Positions 49,843 through 58,800 of a DNA stretch of 64,000 nucleotides are shown in pieces; within the stretch, counting starts at the first letter, position 1, and the number at the start of each line of letters is the position of its first letter. A program made the translations under genes and the position numbers. The notes beneath the pieces are model-generated. The model was not told the origin of the DNA, made no database searches, and saw nothing but the letters and a program-made list of their open reading frames with translations. This DNA is from Ylistrum balloti (taxonomy: Eukaryota), in assembly GCF_031769215.1 (NCBI RefSeq), contig NW_026782129.1, positions 806,001 through 870,000 of the forward strand, written 5' to 3'.

Positions 49843-52800
49843 ATGGAGACAAATGTCGACGAGGAGAACCAGTTACTTGGGGCGTCCAGCCGGATCTACC
49901 GTGCACGCTGGTGGATACTTTTGTTGTCTTTTCTTCATTTTCTCCAGCAGTGTTTCAGCATAAATACCTGGGGACCAATAGCCCAGTCAGTCAAAAGAGC
50001 ATTTGACTGGGAAGACACCACCATAGTTTTTATTCTCAACATGTGTCGAGCGGGAAGCATGGTTTACATATGCATCGGATCATACGTATTGGACAAAGCA
50101 GGTACGTAAGGGACTTATAAGTACTACTTATTGACCAATAAAGGATTGTTTAAAATTGATAAGTTTGAATGCACCGTATCTGTTATACTTAAGAAATAAC
50201 GAATTAAGTTAGACATTTAGTGAATATTGAACCCATATAGAATTGATTATCAAAAAATGTAAATGTACCTTACCTGTCATAGCCGTTTTATCCTACGATA
50301 TTATTGCATGCCATTGAAGAAAGCGTTAAACATAGTAGGAATATTTTGTTATCATCATGGAATGGTATGTATTAATTCCCATTCGGACAAACGTGCAACC
50401 GTTCGCGCGAGTTCATTGGTCTTTATCGAACGAAATCATTGGTCATTAAAATGATTAGTTCTTAGCAAGGTGTCTTCAAAACTTTTAAGTATTTTAATGT
50501 TAGCACATACGTTGCACACATCTTTTAGCATTAACAACATAACACTCAGGTTTCGCTATCTAAAATATCTAAAACTCCGTTAGCATGAATGGCATTTAAG
50601 ATTCAAAGTAGTTTATTTTCTTGTAACTAGTAACTCTTTGTTTTCTTTTAATTCCACTTCAGGTTTACGGGTTGCTATGCTGATGTATTCTGCTACTGCG
50701 CTATTTAGTAACGGTTTACGGTCGCTAAGTAAAGACAAGAGCATTGCGTTGGTGTCAGTATATTTATCATTTTTATTGATTACATTTTTATTCATGATAT
50801 AATTTTTATCGATATCGGTTCAACAATCATGTTTCATGTACTCTTGCTAACTTTTTGAGATCATTATTCTCCATCAATTTAATTCTCAATCGATATATTT
50901 TCATCATTATTAATACTAATATGTTTTTTCTTTAAAAGGCTCATTACCATCGGGGAGTTTCTCAAAGGATGCAATGGAGTAATAACATTTGCAGCGCCGC
51001 CAATTATTGCAGACAGGTGGTTTCCACCAGGAGAGAGAATTACCGCATTAGCTATCATGATACTAGCGGCATATGTTGGAGATGGGGTCTCCAGTATCAT
51101 TGGTAAGAAAAATAACTTACAATAAAATCGATAGTTTCATTATCGAGAGTGGTTTAGGCTATACTGCAATCATATAATGTAAACCAACTAAAAATAAACG
51201 TAGTTATATGTACCAAAACACAGCACAAAAAACTATGGCAAAATATGAACTACAGAAAAATTTACACGGAGACTCATCAAAAAGTACAAGGAGAATAAGA
51301 CCAGGTGTTTCGGAAGAGTAAGCGTCTCCTGCTTCATTGATGACATGTAAACCTTGCTCGATCCAAGTAAGCAAGTAAGTAATGTAAAGTTCTCAGTTGA
51401 GAACAAGGTATACAACAACAAAGCCAACAGGCAAACTAACGAGCATAATCATAATCATGCATTGAACCCCTGTGTGACGAGTTTGTCAGTCAGTTGCACG
51501 AACATCGTGATAATGAGAACAGGCCCTTGTATCGAATCATCTGTGACATGTTAATTTCATAGGTTGTATATGCATTGAAATTGATATTGAAAATCCACAA
51601 TAGGGAGAATGAATCATCACCAAACTCGACGAAGAAGTTGTCAACCATATGGATATATATTATATGGATTCTTTTGAAGTTTAGGGATCCAGTATAAACA
51701 GGACAGGTCTGTAACCTTATCATTAATTGGCAATCTAAATAATTGTAATACCGAAGCATGATTAGCTTTTTTGAAAAATTGCATAATTCATAGGTTGGAT
51801 TTCCTTCTTTGTCAAGAAAGCCTAATTCTTTTTGTATACAGGAAATGTATGCAGACGAGGATCAAGTTATTGGAGGCCGTATCTGCAAGTACAATATTAT
51901 ACCTGTCATTTAAATCTTAAAGAGTGGATTGAACTTCAAGGTAGAGGAAAACTGATCTGTGTTTTGTTTTCCTTTTCGATTTCAAGCTGCAAATTCTTTT
52001 TCGCATGATGGACCGAATGGACTTATCCCACTCTTGTGGATCCAACGCAGAATGTTCTTGTTTCACCTATCCATGACATAGTTTTCAACAGAACACATAA
52101 GTATATTGGAATTCACATTCAGGGCCCTCGTTGCTTTAATGCTTAAATCACCAGTTACGATCTGCCCAGTTGGACCATAGTTACAAGTAGAGGTAGCACA
52201 AGAACAAGCTGACGGTTCTAAGGTCATCTGCATTCAGTTGCTGCAGCGTTAGTTGGTAGTTGAAAAGTTTGTATGCAATGGGCCTGGAGTAGCTGTGGGA
52301 AATTACAGGTTGTTTCTACTTGGAAAGTATTGTGGAATGCTAGTCTGAACAGACTTCTGGTGTAAAATATTGCTGATGTTCATAGCATCCACTTCCTTCT
52401 TTTTTTTACAAACTCAACCTTCATAAAATAGCGAGTTTTTGGAGGATCTATACTGACAGGTTTAAAGAGGTTAATCGTTTCCTTTTTTGTCTAGCCGATA
52501 GTGTAAATCCCCAGAAGATGCACGCTGACCAAATATGCTTGAAAACTACGTTGATCACTTATTCTAAAGATGTTTTATAATGATGGATACGTTTTTCGCG
52601 ATTTTCTACATAATGTTGCTTTGTGTCAAAATTCTCGAGGGATTTTGTCTTTTATCAACAGATTGATATCTTGATAGAAACAATAGCAGAACTTCCCCAA
52701 ACCGACCATTTATGAAACATCATTATTTGGCCGGTTTAGGGAGGGTGTGGTTTGCAGAAGTCAATGATTCCGTGTTTGTACATTACATTAACCATTACGT

Positions 52801-55800
52801 TCGCTCTGAGTATTTGCACTGTATATATCTTACTGGATAAGTAAGAAACATCACAGAGTAAAATATTCTGAGTGCAGAAACACACAATAAATAACCAATC
52901 GGATGCGAATCTGCGGCGTTCTAGCACTAAATATTCGTGAATCGTTGGCGCAATATTCACTTCAGTTTTCGGAATGGCAAAGAAATCACTGGGAATCATA
53001 TACCCATCAGATTTGATAGACATAAGGTCATACCATCCTTGTAGAAACGAGTGTGCATGTACACATATATTTTGAGTGGTCGGGTGGCATAGTGGTAACG
53101 CACTCGCCTTTCACCTAGCCGTCCGGGGTTCGATTCCCGCAATGGATGTGAAAAGATATGGGCCACCTACCCCACCACGTGGGTTTTTCCCGGGTACTCC
53201 GGTTTCCTCCCACCCTAAGACCCCTCGCGCGCTTCCATCCGAGCAAACAAGAGTGATTTATATAAGTTGGAAAAACTTGCTTCGCACCTGTTGTAAAACA
53301 AATAAAGTTTATGATTTTTAATGTTTTTAAGTATTGGTTCAATAACCACCATGTAGGTATGATTGTTGTTGAACACAAACTGTCAAGAACCGTTTGTGTT
53401 GAGACAGAAACAAATAGCCGATTGGCTTGCTAACAAACGAATACCGGTACCCAAAGGTATAAAATGCAAGTGACCTGTAAAACTGGTAATCATTTCAACG
53501 TTGACCGTGCTAACTTAATTAGAGTTCTGGATCTTTTTCAGGGCCAAAGGTAGTGGAGAAACCAATTTTCACCCACGATAGGTAAAGTCAATTATTTTGT
53601 ATTATGTTCAACAAATTTTGAAGAATTTAATATATTTTTCTGATCTCATGCTTTATCAACATTAGTTAAACTTTCATCAATTTATTTTTAGAAATGAAAT
53701 AAAATTTAGATGACTTTCAGTTATTATCCTTCTAAATTAAATAATAATTTATGTATGTTATGTTTCAGTATTCTGCATAACTCAACCGTAACTGCAAACT
53801 CGACGAGAGGTTTGTTTCCTTGTTTTCTTTTATTTAAAATGTGTAAATCTTTTAAACATCGTACAGACCGTTAATTAAATATAAATCAATCACAGGTGAC
53901 ATTGCTCGTTAGAGACAATGTTTTAAGTGTTATTGGTGACATTGCTCGTTAGAGACAATGTTTTAAGTGTTATTGATGCACCTTCTTTAGTGCATCTTAA
54001 ATCAAACACAACATAAGTTACATATTTCTTTCTATACAACATATGACTATTTTGTTATCAATAGATATACTAAACAAAAAAAGAAAGGTAACACTAATTT
54101 ATTCTGTGATTAATTAATGAACCCCTTCATAAATCCTTACCAATCATGTATGAATAAAGTAATTGATCAATATGATAAAACTGCAGTCATGGTTCATCAT
54201 AAAACTTTGCGTTCAGTTGATTTTATTCGACTGTAAAGGACGTTGGGGTCAATTTCAAAGTAACACCATTAGTAACGGGTATGGCCACCGTTTGCGAAGT
54301 AAACAGCATTGCAGCGTCGTCGCATGGAACTCGTAAACCGGCGGATAATTCGATGATAGATGTTGTCCCATTCAGCGATCAAGGCTTGGGCCAGCTCCTG
54401 CAAGTTTGACGGCTGATTTTGACGTTCTCTCACGCGTCGCCCAAGAACGTCCCAGACATGCTCAATCGGTGACAAATCAGGTGATTTAGATGGCCAATCT
54501 AACACCTGTACGTTATTCTGCTGCAAGAAAGTTCTGCTGACGCGACTGGTGTGCGCTGGTGCGTTATCCTGTGGAAAAATGGCACCAACGCCATGGCGTC
54601 TTAAGAATGGCAGAACCACTGGTCTTATAATTTCGTCCCGATATCGAATGCTGGTTAAATTGCCATTTAACACAACAAGCCTGGTACGAGTCCCCCCACA
54701 AATACCACCCCAAACCATTACACTTCCGCCGCCAAAGCGGTCCCGTTCTGTGACGCAGCAGTTCGCAAAACGCTCCCCTCGTCGCCTCCACACTCTGCGC
54801 ATTCCGTCACCGTGTTGCAGACAAAACATGGACTCATCTGAAAACAGAAAATTTTTCCATTGTCGTAAGGCCCAACGACGGTGAACACGGGTTCAGTTAC
54901 GCCGATTATTACGGTGGGTCCAGTGTAGGGACGCCGCGCTTTCAATTGGTAGGCCCTCAACCTGTTGCGGACTGTTTGGAGAGACACACGACGCCCAAAC
55001 AATGTCCTCGTAGTCTCTACTGCGGTTACGAATCGATTGCGCAAGTGTATCAATCGTATACGACGGTCATCCCTGGCGGTCGTTTTACCCAGTTTGGTTT
55101 AAACGACTAACCAACTGTCAAATTGTCTTAACACTGCAACCAAAATGCCGTGCAACTCGACGGCGAGACTCCCCAGCCTGAATCATGCCTACAGCCTTTT
55201 CTCTCTGTACTTGTGACAGCCGGGTCATAATGATAAAGTTGATAGATAGCAAGATTCGGTGATTTCTAAGTCCTAACGATCTAAGGAACAGTTGTCAGTT
55301 TGAATATTTATGAAATTCTTTCTTTTTTTGTTGAGTATATGTGTGTATATACATTCTCTGTCCATCTCTGTGTTAGTTATCAATGGCGAGGAAATGTTGG
55401 ATGAAGTGATGACCTATCTCTATGTTCGTAAGTACACGTTGATTTCGTTTTAACCTAAATACTTTGACAAAAGATTATAAACATTAGTAGAATAATCATA
55501 AAACTAAATGAAAGCTATTGATACTCAGATCTAAAATACTAAATATAGAACTCATGAAGCCAAGAAAAGTATCTAACTGGCCTAAGTATAGACGCAGAAC
55601 ACTGGAGGCAACTAAATATATCTGCATGGCAATCGACGCTTATAAAGTCTCCCTTGTAAATAATTGCCTTTAACGTAAATCATAATCCGAAAGCCTAAAA
55701 CTATATGAAGAAAAAATGCTTACCACCAAAAGAGTAAACGTCACATAATTTTGAATTATTTACATTGATAACCTGCCATTTCTGTTTCAATTTTGCATTT

Positions 55801-58800
55801 AAACATATTTGACAAGAACCCCGACTTCTTTCGAATAAAAATCAGCATAACATCCAACATACTTGATTTTATATGCTGAGTGACGAACAGCTGAACACAT
55901 ACATATACACACACATATCTACATTTATGGACGACAATATTTTTATTCCTATATAATGTAGTGTTGTACATAAATAATGATACCAGTCAATAATGTGTTT
56001 TAGAACAAGCTGAGAGAAATTTATCTATACGATTCAATGGGTGTTGATAGGGTTTAGAATATATAAGAGAATGTTTGTCGTCCGAAAAAACATGTTTTAA
56101 TCAATGTAACGCCAACACTCGCTGTAAGTTAGCTCATTAAAACTACACTTATATGAAAGTACCGACCCCATCACCCCGCCCAAAATAATGATAAAAAAAT
56201 GAATAACCTGGTAAAGAATATTAATCTTTGTTACAAAAATGAAAAATGGCTTTCTTACGATGAAATATTTCTTTCTACCTTTGAAATCACATAAAATAGC
56301 CATGGTAATGATGACTGGTCGGCTTTAAATGCTATCTTTTGTTTCAGTTCACAAATATAGATATCTCCCATTAACTTAAATTGAGGGTTTACACAGATAA
56401 GAGTATTTTTGACAAATCCTTCAATACCTTCAAGAAACAGATTTTTTATTATGCATAAGTCACACAGTTATGTTTGTCTTTCGTATGAAGGCAACTGTGT
56501 TGTCATTAAAACTTAAAGTTTTCTAATTGTTTATACTATCAGAACATCTATGCAATATAAGTTACCATCCCGAGACGGACTGGTATACATGTAATGTGTG
56601 CTGTGTTGTCAGTGTATCATTCTGTATAGTATTCGACAGATATGGTATTAGTGTTATTAGTGGGCATTACTGTGTGGCACAATAAAATATGTATTACTTC
56701 ATAATGTGTGGAGTGTCAAAACTATTATATGGTCCAACAGTGTTCAGAGTGTTCTGAATGTAATATACTGTGCATTACCTCGTAGTGTGAAGTACTATAT
56801 AATACATGTATGCATTACTTCCTCAGAGTGTGGAGTGTCGGCAGTGTTGTTCATTATGACTGTAGCTTACTTCCCTGATAAACCGTCATCGGCTCCAAGT
56901 ACCTCTTCTGGTATGTCACGTCTTAACTACCTGGAATCCTTCCGGAAACTCGTCAGGTAGCTATTCATTAAATGACTTTTGAACTTTTCCAAAACTGACA
57001 TATTGTTCTGAATATTACTTTTTTTATTTTTGTGTTGATTTTTAACAAAGTCGTTTGGATTTATATATATTGCATGATTGTTTGTGTTATAGATCCGGAT
57101 GTATTTAAGAAGTTATTGCAATTGCATTTCTATGATATATTTCGCGTATTGAAACAAAACACGCGCAAGAAGACCGTGCTAACATATAGTGTGTAAAGTC
57201 TTACTAAATATATAGCAAACCCATTTCGGTCAAAATTGATGATTACAAAACTTTGATCACAATCAAATTCTACTGTACGTTTTGACATGAATATTTCCGT
57301 TGTTGAGACAATATTTTTGTTAATACTGAAACATACATTGTAGAAACAAGCATCTGCTATTAGTAGTGGTGGTTTTGGGTGTAATAATGGGCATCTACAC
57401 GTCCTTTATTCAAGTGACAGACATAATATACGATCCTTTGGGCGTTTCACAGGTAATTGCATTGGCTTTGTACATGCTTATACACTAAAAACCGATAATG
57501 CACATATTATCTACACATTATTCGACACTAGTTATAACCCCTTTAAAGAACAGTTTGTTAATTTAAAAACCAATTAATCTAAATTACATATTTTCGAACT
57601 GTGGCAGAGTTTTGTACGATGTCCAGAGTAAAATAAGACCGTTGTTATATTCAGTCCGATATTGGATAACGAAATCTCGTATATCTCTTTTCATCAACGA
57701 CATCCACTACTTCCATCAAAATGTGTTTGCTCTAAACAAATTGTATAATGCAGTATATTAGATCCAGTTTCCTCGACAGGTTGAAGTTAGAACCTGAGCA
57801 ATATAACCGATTTGATTTTTATGTGATGATCGGAAATCTAAATTTTCTCCAAAACCAACTTTTTGGACAGATCTCAAATCAAACCGGTTCCGAGACCGAA
57901 GTCTAGGTTATACGCACACGAAACACATCACAATTCTGAAAACACAAATTTGGGAGGACTTCGGTATCCCTACGATTTTATATTTGTACGTAATAACGGT
58001 TTCGTGGAAGTGACACAACCGGACGGATAAAAGATTTAAGTCACAAACACCAACAACTGTTTTCGGTTTGTTCTGTTCGTTTCCTAATGTGATAAATGTT
58101 TTCTTGTTACAGAACTTACAAAATGTTTCTATCAATGTGGCAAATATCAAGGAAAATGCATTGAAAAGATAAGATATAGAGATATCAATCAAAGAAAAAG
58201 TTTTTCAACACTATATTGCGTATACTAAAACTAAGATTTCTGTAAGTAATTTTTTTTTTATCTATATCGGCATTTTATACATCTGCTCTCTGTTCCAGTT
58301 GAGCGCTGGGTGGATAGCATTTTATACCATAATCACAGGCAGTGTACTTGGGTTCTTCATAGCAAGGCAAGTTTTTCTTTTCTGTGCGAGAGTGCCAGTT
58401 CCAAGTTAATTACATCGGTGTGTGTTTTTTTCGATGTTTAGATCATTGATCCGCTTACTGCTATACCAGGCTTTGTATATCATCTTTGCCATTGTATTAT
58501 TTCTTAATGTTAAACTACGGATGGAGTACCGATAAATGAAGCTACTATGTTGAACAAAGAACAAAACATTCCTTGCCTTGTATGAAAACTTTTCACCGAG
58601 CTCCGATTTGTTCAAAATCTCCTTATGTAATTAAACTAGTTTCGTTAGAAGTACAACCACTACATTAAATCATCTTTAATTTGAATGTTATATCCAGTGA
58701 ATACTTATCAACACATTTCATAAACATCGGCTACTATATAGCCTCCAATATCGAGGATCGATATTTGTTTCATCAATGCAGTTACCATCTATCACAATCA

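Noticed and set aside
53078-53140. tRNA gene call for the A/B-box region (also 48209-48270)
   Set aside because: No complete cloverleaf, and it continues into a V domain and tail, so it is a SINE head.
54549-54884. Overlapping ORFs 54549-54884 (+) and 54564-54791 (-)
   Set aside because: Alternative-frame shadows of the Tc1 transposase.
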